NCBI GenBank assembly: GCA_026418155.1
Contig: JAOABV010000001.1
Location: forward strand, 457 to 64,456
Direction of reading: 5' to 3'
DNA: 64,000 bases
Source: a candidate division WOR-3 bacterium
GTDB taxonomy: Bacteria; Hydrothermota; Tepidihabitantia; Tepidihabitantales; CAIPLT01
Position 1 is the stretch's first letter; every line of letters begins with the position of its first letter. The notes below the pieces were generated by a model that worked only from the letters and a program-made list of their open reading frames with translations, was not told the DNA's origin and ran no database searches. Of this stretch, positions 31,472-42,084 are shown piece by piece. The translations under genes and the position numbers were made by a program.

Positions 31472-31777
31472 ATGCAAAATATACCCCTTATCAATTATAA
31501 AGAATTAAGAAAAATCAACCCACAAAACGCCAGTCAATCTGTAATCGAATATCTTAAATCCACCGGTAATAATATCTCTCATACCGCAAAAGCATTCGGC
31601 ATCAACCGCTCTGTAGTCTATGATATTATTGATAAATTCCGCCAAGGCAACTTAAAAGACCGTCCTAAAACACCTCTTCATCAACTAAGAAAAACAGATC
31701 CGGAAATCGAAACTAAAGTAGTCGCAATGAAAACTAAAATCCATCTCGGACCAAAAAGACTCTCCAGATATCTGTAA
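31472..31777 (+). CDS. IS transposase N-terminal HTH segment (orfA)
   Basis: HTH ...ISHTAKAFGINRSVVYDIIDKFRQ... Confidence 0.6.
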   Translation: MQNIPLINYKELRKINPQNASQSVIEYLKSTGNNISHTAKAFGINRSVVYDIIDKFRQGNLKDRPKTPLHQLRKTDPEIETKVVAMKTKIHLGPKRLSRYL

Positions 31778-32564
31778 TGTCTCCGCCAGGACAATCCGAC
31801 ACATCTTGCGAAGACATCAAGCCCAAATTAAAGAACTTATCCGTTCGAAGAAAAGAAAGAAGGAGAAAAGAGAATGTGTTGACTGGTATTCAGCCAAACC
31901 TTTTGAGATTGTCCAAATTGATGTCAAACACATCCGTGACCAAAAAGCCTTAACCATCGAGCAGATTATCCATCTTGATACTTTTAAGATACCTAATTAT
32001 CAGTGGAGTGCGTTGGATGTGAACTCGCGTTTTAAGTTGATTGCTTATTCGCAAGAGAAGTCCTGGATCAACGGGTTATTTTTTTATTTTTGGGTGATAT
32101 CGTGGTTACGCTCGCATAGGGTGAAGTGTCAGATTATCTTTACGGTGGATAATGGTGAAGAATTTGGTGGTCGGTCGTGGTTAAAAGTAAAAGAGTTGCG
32201 GAAATTACTGATTGGTTTTGGTTGTCGGTTGGTTCAGAATCACAAAGGGCATCCGGAAGAGAGCGCCCATTTAGAACGGTCGCATCGGACCGATGATGAA
32301 GAGTTCTATATTCCGAGAGTGTTTAAAATCAAATCCGAAGCCGAGCTTCTGACTGAAGGGTTAAGATACAATTACTATTACAACAATTATCGGGAGCATT
32401 CAGCACTTGACTTTAAGACACCATTTGAGTATCTTAAAGAGCAGATGCCGGATATTGATGATAATATTCGTAAGGTTGTACCGATAATGTTAGATAAAGT
32501 AGCGGTAGAATTAGGTCCTTGGAGTGGATACCATGTCTTGGCGCCGCACCGAAAATGTATGTAG
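31731..32564 (+). pseudogene. IS transposase DDE (rve integrase-core) segment (orfB), in the +1 frame relative to orfA; frameshifted or disrupted
   Basis: D (IVQIDVKH), D (FTVDNGEEF), E (LERSHRTDDEEFY), ...YNNYREHSALDFKTP; frames overlap 31731-31777 around CCAAAAAG (31751-31758). Confidence 0.55.
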
Positions 32565-33016
32565 TTCTATTCTAAATCTTGCACTACCAAGAAGTTTACC
32601 CTTAAATCTTTGTACCTTTGAACTTTTGCACCTTTGTACCATAGTCTTTCTGGAAAATCTTCCCCAAAATCTTGACACTACCCAAATGACCTTTTGCAAT
32701 GTCCCCATAGAGTTGAAATAACCGAAAGGGCTTAAACAAAATCTCCAGAATTAAAAATCACAAATTCTTGCCGTATCAGCGCTGTCTGCACCAGATATGC
32801 TTCTTTTCTGGGATTGGGGAATCTCTTGACTTACAGCAGGATTTAATGTATTATTTATTCAAAATTATGTAACTTTACATAATAAAATATCTCTGATAAA
32901 GATGTATGTCGCACAAACGCAAAACTGCAATTAATTGATTAGTAGCAAAATATGGCTGAACTCAGGCAGATTATCTTAATGTTAGTAAAATATCCTAATG
33001 TCAACCACTTGAAAAA

Positions 33017-34117
33017 ATGAATCAGTTTAGACCCTCAAAAGAACCTTATAAATCTCGGCTAATGCAAGTCAAACATTACCTTACTCAACATAAACTTGAT
33101 GCCTTCTTAATTACAGATTTATCTAATCTTTTCTATTTAGTTAACTACACCGGCTCTAACGGCATGCTTTTAATAAAGAAAAATCAAGCCCTACCGATTT
33201 TCTACACTGATTTTCGTTATCAGACGCAAGTATATAATGAAGTCTACAATTGCCAAATAAAAATAGTTAACCGCAATCTTTTTACCCAATTTCCCACAGA
33301 AGACCTTGACCCAATCTCAATCTGTGGATTTGAAAGCAATCATCTCACTTATGCCAATTATCAAAAATTAAAACTGCAGTTAAAAAATAAAGTCAAATTA
33401 ATACCGCGGGATGATGGATTTATTGAAGAATTACGCTCAATAAAAAGTAATTTAGAATTAGAAAAAATAAAAAAAGCAGTTGCCATCACCGATAAAGTTT
33501 ATAGGAATATTTTAACTAAGATACGACCCAACGTTACCGAAAAAGACCTTGCCAATGAAATTGACTATCAATTAAAAAAAGAAGCAGATATAGCATTTCC
33601 TACGATTGTTGCTTTTGCCGAAAGGAGTGCCTTACCTCATGCTCAGCCGACAAATCGTAAATTAAAAAAAGGTGATGTCATACTTTTTGATTTTGGTGCT
33701 CGCTATGACTATTATTGTGCTGATATGACCCGCACCATAGTTTTGGGCAAAGCAACTGCAGAAATAAAGAAACTCTATGATATTGTATCCAGTGCTCAAA
33801 AAAAAGCCCAAGCCAAAATTAAAAGTGATGTCTGTTGTGCTGATATTGATAAGACTGCACGCGAATGGATTCAAAACCAAGGATACGGCGAATATTTCGG
33901 ACACGGCTTAGGTCATGGTGTTGGTATAATGGTGCACGAAAAGCCAATGTTAACCACAAAGAGCACTGACAAATTAAAAACAGGCCAGACCATAACAATC
34001 GAACCTGGAATCTATCTGCCCCAAAAATATGGTATCCGCATAGAAGATTTAGTTTTAGTTAAAAAAGATTGCGGCGAAATTTTAACCCTCAGCCCTAAAG
34101 AATTAATTGAAATCTAA
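33017..34117 (+). CDS. pepP: Xaa-Pro aminopeptidase / M24B-family peptidase
   Basis: Creatinase N-terminal + pita-bread fold motifs ...HGLGHGVGIMVHE..., ...IEPGIYLP..GIRIED. Confidence 0.85.
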   Translation: MNQFRPSKEPYKSRLMQVKHYLTQHKLDAFLITDLSNLFYLVNYTGSNGMLLIKKNQALPIFYTDFRYQTQVYNEVYNCQIKIVNRNLFTQFPTEDLDPISICGFESNHLTYANYQKLKLQLKNKVKLIPRDDGFIEELRSIKSNLELEKIKKAVAITDKVYRNILTKIRPNVTEKDLANEIDYQLKKEADIAFPTIVAFAERSALPHAQPTNRKLKKGDVILFDFGARYDYYCADMTRTIVLGKATAEIKKLYDIVSSAQKKAQAKIKSDVCCADIDKTAREWIQNQGYGEYFGHGLGHGVGIMVHEKPMLTTKSTDKLKTGQTITIEPGIYLPQKYGIRIEDLVLVKKDCGEILTLSPKELIEI

Positions 34118-34193
34118 CCCATTATGCTAAGAAAAAAATTAAAACCAAGCCGACACATTAAATTACAACAAAACCTAACCCAATAAAACTATT

Positions 34194-34751
34194 ATGATTA
34201 CACCTAATGATTTTCGACCTGGACTTTTAGTTCGATATCGCGATGACATTTGGGAAATAGTCGAATACCAACGCGTAAAAATTGCCCAACGCCGTGCCTT
34301 TGTCCGAACTACCTTTCGCCACCTACTAACCGGCAAGACAATTGAAGAAAATCTCTCTTCCGAAGAAAAACTGGAAGAACTACAAGTCGAGCGCAGAAAA
34401 TGCCAGTATCTATATAACGATGGCGAAAACTATCACTTTATGGAACTTGAGCACTACGACCAATTTGCCCTATCAAAAGAGATTTTAGGTGATAAGGTTC
34501 TCTATCTTACAGAAAACACCATCGTCGACATTCTATATGTTGAAGCCAAACCCCTAACAATAGAAGTACCCAACTTTGTAGAACTAACCGTGGTCGAAAC
34601 CGAACCTGACTACAAAGGCGATACCGCAACCGGTGGTGGCAAACCCGCAAAATTAGAAACCGGTCTTGTAATATCAGTCCCTTTCTTTATTAAAGTTGGT
34701 GATAAAATCCGAATCGATACCAGGTCTAATTCATATGTGGAAAGAGTCTAA
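34194..34751 (+). CDS. efp: elongation factor P
   Basis: 185 aa KOW/OB architecture; ...KPGKG.AF.R.. Confidence 0.9.
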   Translation: MITPNDFRPGLLVRYRDDIWEIVEYQRVKIAQRRAFVRTTFRHLLTGKTIEENLSSEEKLEELQVERRKCQYLYNDGENYHFMELEHYDQFALSKEILGDKVLYLTENTIVDILYVEAKPLTIEVPNFVELTVVETEPDYKGDTATGGGKPAKLETGLVISVPFFIKVGDKIRIDTRSNSYVERV

Positions 34752-34902
34752 AGAATTTTACACCTAAAGATAATCTAACTCTTATGGAGAAAGAGTCTAA
34801 AGATTTTGCAACTAAAGGCAATCTAATTATTATTAAGAAAGAATCTAAAGATTTGTGTCTGAAAGAGTCTAAAAAATTTGCAATTAAAGGTAATTGTTAT
34901 CA
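34738..34902 (+). repeat. 4 decaying tandem copies (~40-50 bp) of the efp 3' end including its stop codon
   Basis: gtggaaagagtctaaagaatttta... / ggagaaagagtctaaagattttgca... / aaagaatctaaagatttgtg... / aaagagtctaaaaaatttgca... Confidence 0.8.
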
Positions 34903-34955
34903 GTTAAGGATATTTCCATCCAATAAAGCAATTACTTTCGTTGATATGTTATTTT

Positions 34956-36329
34956 ATGTTTAAGAAGATACTGATTGCTAATCGTGGTGAAATTGCCATA
35001 AGAATCATTCGCACTTGTCATGAACTAGGCATTAAAGCGGTTGTCGTCTATTCTGAAGCAGACAAAGATTCTTTGCCAGTTAAACTCAGTGACGAAGCAA
35101 TCTGCATCGGTCCGCCTTCGGCTGAAAACAGTTATCTCAATATTCCCCGCATTCTCTCTGCAGCTGAAATTACCGGTTGCGATGCCATACATCCTGGTTA
35201 CGGCTTTTTAGCCGAAAACCCTGACTTTGCTGAACAATGCGAAGCCTGTAATCTTCGATTTATTGGTCCAAAATCATCTATTATCCGCTTAATGGCTGAT
35301 AAATTGCTAGCAAGAAAAAAAATGCAAGAAGCCGGCTTAAAAGTTGTGCCCGGCTCGCCAGATGCAATTGAATCCATTAAACAAGCCCGGCAAATTGCTC
35401 ACGCTCTCGGTTATCCCATAATATTAAAATCTGCTGCTGGTGGTGGTGGTAAAGGAATGAGGATCGTAAGACAAGAACGCGATTTAGAAACCAACTTCCG
35501 TTTAGCCCAAGCTGAAGCCCAAGCCAGTTTTAATGATGCTCGTGTATATATGGAAAAATATTTTGATAATGCGCGTCATATTGAAGTCCAAATCTTGGCT
35601 GACTCATACGGAAATGTAATTCATCTCTTCGAACGCGAGTGCTCCATTCAAAGACGTCATCAAAAACTTATTGAAGAAACTCCATCACCTTTATTAGATG
35701 AAACATCTCGTCTTAAAATCTGCCAAGACGCGGTATTAGGTGCCTCGGCTATTAATTATGAAAATGCCGGCACTATGGAATTCCTTATCGTTCCCCGGAC
35801 TGATGACCCTAATAACTTTGATTACTACTTTATGGAAATGAATACTCGTATTCAAGTAGAACATCCGATAACAGAAATCATCACCTGCGTTGATATTGTC
35901 AAACAACAGATACTCATTGCAGACAAACAAAAAATCGATACCACCTTACCATCATTAAGAAATCCCCATATCTATGCGCTGGAATGTCGAATAAATGCTG
36001 AAGATGTCTCTAAAGATTTCCAGCCAGCACCAGGAAAGATTACAGCATTACAATTTCCCCAAGGATTAGGTGTTCGCGTTGACTCGCATATATATGCCGG
36101 ATACAACATTCCCGCATATTACGATTCGCTCATATGCAAAATTATCACCTGGGATACTTCCCGGCTAAATGCAATTGTACGAATGGAACGAGCCCTAAAA
36201 GAAATGGTTGTTGAAGGTATTAAAACGACCATCCCGTTTCACCTAAAAATCTTAAGTCAGTCGGATTTTCGGCAAGGTAAATTGTCAACTTCATTAGTTG
36301 AAAAAATAAGATTAAATTCTAATGACTAA
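34956..36329 (+). CDS. accC: biotin carboxylase (acetyl-CoA carboxylase subunit), no accB adjacent; ATG 34956 preferred over TTG 34941
   Basis: ATP-grasp motifs; ...MEMNTRIQVEHPITE... Confidence 0.9.
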   Translation: MFKKILIANRGEIAIRIIRTCHELGIKAVVVYSEADKDSLPVKLSDEAICIGPPSAENSYLNIPRILSAAEITGCDAIHPGYGFLAENPDFAEQCEACNLRFIGPKSSIIRLMADKLLARKKMQEAGLKVVPGSPDAIESIKQARQIAHALGYPIILKSAAGGGGKGMRIVRQERDLETNFRLAQAEAQASFNDARVYMEKYFDNARHIEVQILADSYGNVIHLFERECSIQRRHQKLIEETPSPLLDETSRLKICQDAVLGASAINYENAGTMEFLIVPRTDDPNNFDYYFMEMNTRIQVEHPITEIITCVDIVKQQILIADKQKIDTTLPSLRNPHIYALECRINAEDVSKDFQPAPGKITALQFPQGLGVRVDSHIYAGYNIPAYYDSLICKIITWDTSRLNAIVRMERALKEMVVEGIKTTIPFHLKILSQSDFRQGKLSTSLVEKIRLNSND

Positions 36330-36382
36330 CATTGAACTGATTAAAAATTTAGACTGTTTATTGATTACACCTGGCTGGCATT

Positions 36383-38296
36383 TTGTCATTATCAGTATCT
36401 ATCTGTGTTGCAGTTTTGGTGTTAACTGATATTACACCATCTGTTTTGCGTATGAATGACTATACGCCTTCTACTTCTAAGATAAGTACAGCTGTCTCTT
36501 TTTCTTCATTTCTTAAATCTGTTATTCGTCAATCTGATAAGGAATTATTAGATTATGCTCAACGCTTTGCGAAGTATTTACTTGGTGTGGATGATATCTT
36601 GATGCACACTATGCCTTATGAACAAAAGTCTTTGGCAAATCTTTCGACTTTTCCGCATCATTCTTTTCGCTTTTGCTCAAAAACCCTGTCCAAAGAATGG
36701 CAGATGCCACTCTATTTTTTTGATGATGTCTTATTGCGTTATACTGAAAGTGAATTCAATTCGCTTTCTCCTTTACAAAAACATCTTGAGATTCTTCGTG
36801 CTGAATCTGAGGCACGATTAATCCATCATAAATTAAATTTTTCTCGGCTCTCAGATTGGGAATACCAACAAGCAATCTGTCGAGCCTTAGGAATTTTGCC
36901 TATGTATCTTGAAGACCAAATAGAAGAATTATTAACCTGTCCCGGTTTTCGCACACCTACAGAACGAGCAGTTGATTATGATAATATCGACCAATTTATC
37001 AATAACTTGGATATGCTCAAAAAAGAATTGGGCACAGCCTTAGAACTGACTTATGCGGTCCTTTTGTTAAATGGTGTTAAATCGAATACAAAATTTTTTT
37101 ATTATGCTCAGAAGCTTGATGTATTGTTATCCCGAATCTCCAATCTACCTGTAGTTTCCAATCAACTTAAACATTGGCAAAGTACAGATAGTCTTGATGC
37201 CCAATTGACATTTCTTTCGATTCTACGCAATCAAATGGCAAAGACATTGCCGGCTCGTAATTTTGATGAAGATAACTTTTTATTTACTAACTTATTAGAC
37301 CAGAATTGGCAACGATCAAAATCAATTAAAGGTTCAAAAGATGTCTTTGCAATATTAGACACTATCTTACTTACCCATTGGGGGTTTACTGTTTATATTG
37401 TCATAACTGAAAAAGATGAATACCTTTTAGAAATTGTCTTTCCGACAATAAATGTCTGGTGGCAGATTGCTGATAGTTCACAAATTTTATTTGTGCCGCC
37501 GGCAGTGAAATATCATTACGACTATCGGTTCTTAATTGCAAAAACAATCACTAATATTGCTGATATGCATATGAAAATTGGCCGAGAAATTGACCAGGCG
37601 CACAAGATGTATTACAGTGCAGTAAAATTATATCCCAATTATCCAATTTTTCTCAACAAATTAGTTCAACTCTATCTTAAAACCGGACAGGTCCATTCAG
37701 CCCTTCATCAGATTAAAGAAATTTCTCAACATTATCCTGATGCGGTTGAGATAAACCATCTGTTGGGTCTTACATATTGTTTACTTAAAGATTATGATAA
37801 CGCCATCCCCTATTTAGAAAAAGTTATCGCCATAAAACCTGACCTTATTGAGGCTTACAACAACCTTGCCAATTGCTATTATCAGAATGGAAAATTAGAA
37901 CAAGCACAAAAAATTTATTCCCGACTTTTAATACGACAACCAGATTATTTTGAAGGTGTCTTTGGTTTAGGAAATGTCTATTTTCAATTAAAGCAATATG
38001 CGCAAGCCTTACACTATTTTGAAAAAGCCTTAAGAATTACTATGCATAATCAACTTGAACCGCAAGAGAAAGAGTCGCAATTGATTCGGACTTTATATAA
38101 TCTCGCTCAAACTTATTATGAATTAGGTGAAATCGAAACCAGTATCAAAACATATAAAGAAATCTTAAAATTAAAACCAGACCATGCCTCTGCTTGGTAT
38201 AATCTCGGCATCATCTATCGAGACCAAGGCGAGACCAAACAAGCCATCGAATGTATTGCCCGAGCCATTCGCATAAACCCTAATCTAATGCGATAA
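36383..38296 (+). CDS. hypothetical protein: novel N-terminal ~400 aa + C-terminal TPR array (start uncertain)
   Basis: C-terminal 6-7 TPR units (..AYNNLANCYYQNGKLEQAQKIY..); N-terminal region unrecognised. Confidence 0.55.
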   Translation: MSLSVSICVAVLVLTDITPSVLRMNDYTPSTSKISTAVSFSSFLKSVIRQSDKELLDYAQRFAKYLLGVDDILMHTMPYEQKSLANLSTFPHHSFRFCSKTLSKEWQMPLYFFDDVLLRYTESEFNSLSPLQKHLEILRAESEARLIHHKLNFSRLSDWEYQQAICRALGILPMYLEDQIEELLTCPGFRTPTERAVDYDNIDQFINNLDMLKKELGTALELTYAVLLLNGVKSNTKFFYYAQKLDVLLSRISNLPVVSNQLKHWQSTDSLDAQLTFLSILRNQMAKTLPARNFDEDNFLFTNLLDQNWQRSKSIKGSKDVFAILDTILLTHWGFTVYIVITEKDEYLLEIVFPTINVWWQIADSSQILFVPPAVKYHYDYRFLIAKTITNIADMHMKIGREIDQAHKMYYSAVKLYPNYPIFLNKLVQLYLKTGQVHSALHQIKEISQHYPDAVEINHLLGLTYCLLKDYDNAIPYLEKVIAIKPDLIEAYNNLANCYYQNGKLEQAQKIYSRLLIRQPDYFEGVFGLGNVYFQLKQYAQALHYFEKALRITMHNQLEPQEKESQLIRTLYNLAQTYYELGEIETSIKTYKEILKLKPDHASAWYNLGIIYRDQGETKQAIECIARAIRINPNLMR

Positions 38297-38322
38297 ACAA
38301 ATGCTACAACCGAAATTATCAT

Positions 38323-39219
38323 ATGAACTGGAGAGACTTTTATAAAAAGAATTTTCTAAGAAAATCCTATCTGCTCCAGACAAAATCAAAAGCAAGTGAA
38401 ACAAACCATAAGTTTCTTCGACAACCTTTTACCTTTGATTACAAAATCTATTATGACACTAATAGCGCATCACCATCAAACCGGCTGACCGTAGAAATCC
38501 TGAGCGGTCCGTTAAAAGATAAGCAGTTAGAAATAGAGCAAGAAATAACTGATTGTAAAATGAATCTCTTTTTGAAATCAAAAGACGAAACCATCGCCCG
38601 GTCATTAATTGACCGCAACCTTCACACTAGTGAGATAATCTATTGGGATGTAATGGTAAATCCTAAATACCGAATGAAAGGCTTGGCATCTTTTATGACC
38701 AGATATATGCTACGAGAATTACTGCTCCTTCAAAAAAAAGTTAAATTTATGATTCGAATGATAAGAATCTATCAACCAACTGATACTACGATTAGATTAC
38801 AGAATCTGGGAATCTGCATCATTGCCCATCGCTTAGGTCTTACTTGTGAATTTGATTTACCTAAACTGCTCAACCCGCAAAATATTATTAAAGTCGAAGT
38901 CATTCCACCTGAAATGGAGACCGTTCATACTGAAGTTACCTTACCACCATGTTATAAAATTGACTTACAATCTTACCCTTATGTGCTTATCGGATTTATC
39001 CTTGACCCCAAAACTAAAAAACCGATTACAAATTATGATACTTATCTCCAAATCAAATATTCGCCTGAAGTGATGGCGCAATGGATTAAAAGCAAAGCTA
39101 TTGTAATTGGTAATGGCAATTATCTCTTAAAAAAAGATGGCTTTGATGATTTTGTCAAATGTCTGGCTGAAGATTCTTATGAAGCCGAAGTTTTCCGCAA
39201 AAAACTTCAGAGCTACTAA
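38323..39219 (+). CDS. hypothetical protein (weak GNAT-like motif A)
   Basis: ORF only; ...NPKYRMKGLASFMTRYMLREL... Confidence 0.45.
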   Translation: MNWRDFYKKNFLRKSYLLQTKSKASETNHKFLRQPFTFDYKIYYDTNSASPSNRLTVEILSGPLKDKQLEIEQEITDCKMNLFLKSKDETIARSLIDRNLHTSEIIYWDVMVNPKYRMKGLASFMTRYMLRELLLLQKKVKFMIRMIRIYQPTDTTIRLQNLGICIIAHRLGLTCEFDLPKLLNPQNIIKVEVIPPEMETVHTEVTLPPCYKIDLQSYPYVLIGFILDPKTKKPITNYDTYLQIKYSPEVMAQWIKSKAIVIGNGNYLLKKDGFDDFVKCLAEDSYEAEVFRKKLQSY

Positions 39220-39292
39220 ATGCTAAAAAAATTAATCACTGTTAGCCGTTTTTCCCTTCACGATAAACTGGCATCTGGGCGAAATGTAAACT

Positions 39293-39949
39293 ATGGTGTC
39301 TAATTTACGCATTGTTAAAAATTGGTATCTTGTGATTGACAAGAATCTCTTAAATCCTAAAATTGGCTGTGGGTTGGTTTTATCCCATATTCGCCGTTAT
39401 CACAATATCAGTGAGATGTTGCAAAAAGCACTCAATGTCTATCATATCCGAACTCTTTTCGCCGATAAACCTGCACAAGCACTTTTAGAAGATGACGCTA
39501 TCGTCAAAGAATTCTGTAAAAATGCGTTATCTATGATGCCCCTGCATAGTAATTTACAAAATTCTTTTAGCATTCAGCAGGTATTCCTTCTCATCGACCC
39601 ATCGGAAGACACTGGTTGGCTTTTAGGTGCTGCGGAAAATCGTCTGCAGTTTCTGAACTACTATAAAGATGTTGTCCCGGTGTTAATGAAAAAATTTGGC
39701 ATTCTCCTTAGCGGTTCAACCCCAAGACTCCTGCCTTTAGGCTGGCAAAATCTTTATGATGTCTTTGATGAAGAGTTTATCAAAAGCCACCCGGAAATCA
39801 AAAGTATTGAAATCTTATCGGTCTTAACCGACACGCGCTTTCGCTATCCTGTTTTAAGTATCGGTATAAACCTGTTGAATATAAAAACTGCAGATGCGGT
39901 GCGAGAAAAAGTGTTGGAAGTCCTAAAACCACCTTGCCAATTAAAATGA
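39293..39949 (+). CDS. hypothetical protein
   Basis: ORF only. Confidence 0.45.
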   Translation: MVSNLRIVKNWYLVIDKNLLNPKIGCGLVLSHIRRYHNISEMLQKALNVYHIRTLFADKPAQALLEDDAIVKEFCKNALSMMPLHSNLQNSFSIQQVFLLIDPSEDTGWLLGAAENRLQFLNYYKDVVPVLMKKFGILLSGSTPRLLPLGWQNLYDVFDEEFIKSHPEIKSIEILSVLTDTRFRYPVLSIGINLLNIKTADAVREKVLEVLKPPCQLK

Positions 39950-40260
39950 AAATTGCTTACTGCCTGACTTTTATGCTGCAAAAAGATAAATACCTTATAA
40001 TTCAAACGAGCAAAACCATATTACTATCAATTAAAATAAAAATTGCTGACTGATTATATGCTGTTATTAATATCAAGTAAAATAGAAAATTGCTTCCAAG
40101 TATGATTGCAAACTATTCTCAAGGACTGATGAAAAGAACTCTTAAGAGAAAATCGCTTTCAAATATGATTGCGGTAGAATCTTAAAAATGGATAAAGAGA
40201 AAATTACTTACAAATACGATTACAGAACAATCTCAAAGATGGATAAAAAGAATTCTCTCG
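39935..40260 (+). repeat. 5-6 decaying ~35-50-bp tandem units spanning the stop of the 39293 gene and the start of nnr
   Basis: aaaatgaaaattgcttactgcctgac... / aaaataaaaattgctgactgatta... / aaatagaaaattgcttccaagtatgattgc... / gagaaaatcgctttcaaatatgattgcgg... / gagaaaattacttacaaatacgattacag... Confidence 0.75.
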
Positions 40261-41957
40261 ATTTATTACAAATAACATCTCTCTTAGAGCCAGTGGTTAC
40301 TAATCAGCAAATGCGTAGTCTTGATATGGCAATTAATAGCCAATTTGGTATACCCTTAATTTTGCTGATGGAAAATGCCGGTCGCGCGGTTGCAGAATGT
40401 GCGATTGAATATCTTCAAGTCCATAATATTGTCGCGCCCAAAATTCTTATCTTGGCTGGTCCAGGTAATAACGGCGGCGATGCTATTGTCAGCGTCCGAT
40501 ATTTGGTAAATCGATTCCCTAAAATACAGATTATCCTTTTGATTCTGCCCAAAGCAAACTATCATAATGATGCCTTAATAAACTATGAAATCATTAATAA
40601 ATTTATTAGTCAAAGCCAACCTCTGGCATCAATAATCAAAATCATTGAAGTTACCCATACCAGAAAATTATCCCTGATAAAAAATTTTAATCCCGACCTT
40701 ATCATTGACGGCATATTTGGCACTGGTTTTAGAGGCACTCCTGAAGGTGTTTTTCGTGAGGCGATCGAATTAATTAATCAATCTAATGCATATAAAATTG
40801 CCATTGATATACCCTCAGGAGTAAATGGCGATACCGGTGAAATTTGGAACCTTGCCGTTAAAGCCCATCAAACTGTCTCAATGGGTTTATATAAAAGAGG
40901 ACATTGGCTTTATCCTGGTAAGTCGTATTGTGGTATGGTCAAAATTGCTGACCTGGGCGTTGCCTATAATAATCTCTTTACTACGATAATCAGTTCAAAC
41001 AAACCGCCAAAACTTAAATCGCTGTTCTCAACAGAAACTTACCTTTTAACTTCTCGGTTTATTAAACAAATTTTTCCGGCACGAAGACCAAATGGCCATA
41101 AAGGAACTTTTGGTTCAGTCACCGTCCTTGCTGGTGGTAAAGGCTATTCTGGTGCTGCTTGTCTTACCAGCCTGAGTGCCTTAAAATCTGGCGTTGGTTT
41201 AGTTCGCTTATGTTTTCCCATAAGCATTAATTCCGCGGTAGAGAAAAAATTAACTGAAGTGATTAAAGTGCCCCTACCAACCACTTCAGAAGGAACCTTA
41301 GCTTTATCAGGCTTTGACCAAATAAAAAAACTCCTTGACCAAACAGATGTTCTAATAATTGGTCCAGGCATTACAACCCATCCCGAAACTAAGGCATTGA
41401 TTCAAAAGGTCATGGTCTCGTCTAAAAAAATACCGATCGTGCTTGATGCTGATGGCATAAATAATATTACAATTCCAATGTTATTAAAGTTACCGGCAAA
41501 CCAAAGGGCCCATATAGTCCTTACGCCACATCCGGGCGAATTCAGTCGACTCATCGGAATCGCTCCAGAAATAATTAATCGCGAAAGAATCGATTTGTGT
41601 GAACTCTGGGCAAAAAAACTTGGCACCAACATAGTCTTAAAAGGTGCCCCAACTGTAATCGGAACACCTGACGGAAAAGTTTTTATTAATCCAACAGGTA
41701 ATTCCGGACTTGCCAAAGGTGGTAGTGGTGATGTCTTAACTGGCCTTATTGCTGGTTTTATTGCCCAAGGCGCCACACCAATATATGCATCTTGTCTTGG
41801 TGTCTATCTTCACGGACTAAGTGCTGACTTGAAGGTAAAATCCACAACGGAATATTGTTTAACCGCCTCTGACTTAATTAATCAATTGCCCAAAGCCATT
41901 AAACAGATCTTAAGCCCTGAAAATTCTCAAAAAGATATAAAAAATTGCAAGCCGTAA
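40188..41957 (+). CDS. nnr: bifunctional NAD(P)H-hydrate repair enzyme (epimerase YjeF_N + ADP-dependent dehydratase)
   Basis: YjeF_N ...ILILAGPGNNGGDAIV...; C-terminal carbohydrate-kinase ...GSGDVLTGLIAGF... Confidence 0.85.
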   Translation: MDKEKITYKYDYRTISKMDKKNSLDLLQITSLLEPVVTNQQMRSLDMAINSQFGIPLILLMENAGRAVAECAIEYLQVHNIVAPKILILAGPGNNGGDAIVSVRYLVNRFPKIQIILLILPKANYHNDALINYEIINKFISQSQPLASIIKIIEVTHTRKLSLIKNFNPDLIIDGIFGTGFRGTPEGVFREAIELINQSNAYKIAIDIPSGVNGDTGEIWNLAVKAHQTVSMGLYKRGHWLYPGKSYCGMVKIADLGVAYNNLFTTIISSNKPPKLKSLFSTETYLLTSRFIKQIFPARRPNGHKGTFGSVTVLAGGKGYSGAACLTSLSALKSGVGLVRLCFPISINSAVEKKLTEVIKVPLPTTSEGTLALSGFDQIKKLLDQTDVLIIGPGITTHPETKALIQKVMVSSKKIPIVLDADGINNITIPMLLKLPANQRAHIVLTPHPGEFSRLIGIAPEIINRERIDLCELWAKKLGTNIVLKGAPTVIGTPDGKVFINPTGNSGLAKGGSGDVLTGLIAGFIAQGATPIYASCLGVYLHGLSADLKVKSTTEYCLTASDLINQLPKAIKQILSPENSQKDIKNCKP

Positions 41958-42084
41958 AGCATAATTGTTTCAGACCCCTCAGTCCATCTTTATTCTTTTA
42001 AGTGAGTTGAACTTATGATATCCACCCTAAAGTATGACAAATAATAAAAATGCCTTTGGGAAAAAGGTTGATTATTTGTCTCGA

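Larger units (their letters stand above)
31358..32840 (+). mobile_element. IS481/IS3-superfamily insertion sequence; boundaries tentative, transposase split by a frameshift
   Basis: HTH orfA + DDE/rve orfB; weak terminal inverted repeat tgtCCAAGAGATac (31359) / gaATCTCTTGActta (32820). Confidence 0.45.

Noticed and set aside
31751-31758. Canonical IS3 programmed -1 frameshift at A6G
   Set aside because: Only five A's are present and orfB lies in the +1 frame relative to orfA, so the classical -1 configuration is not met as sequenced.
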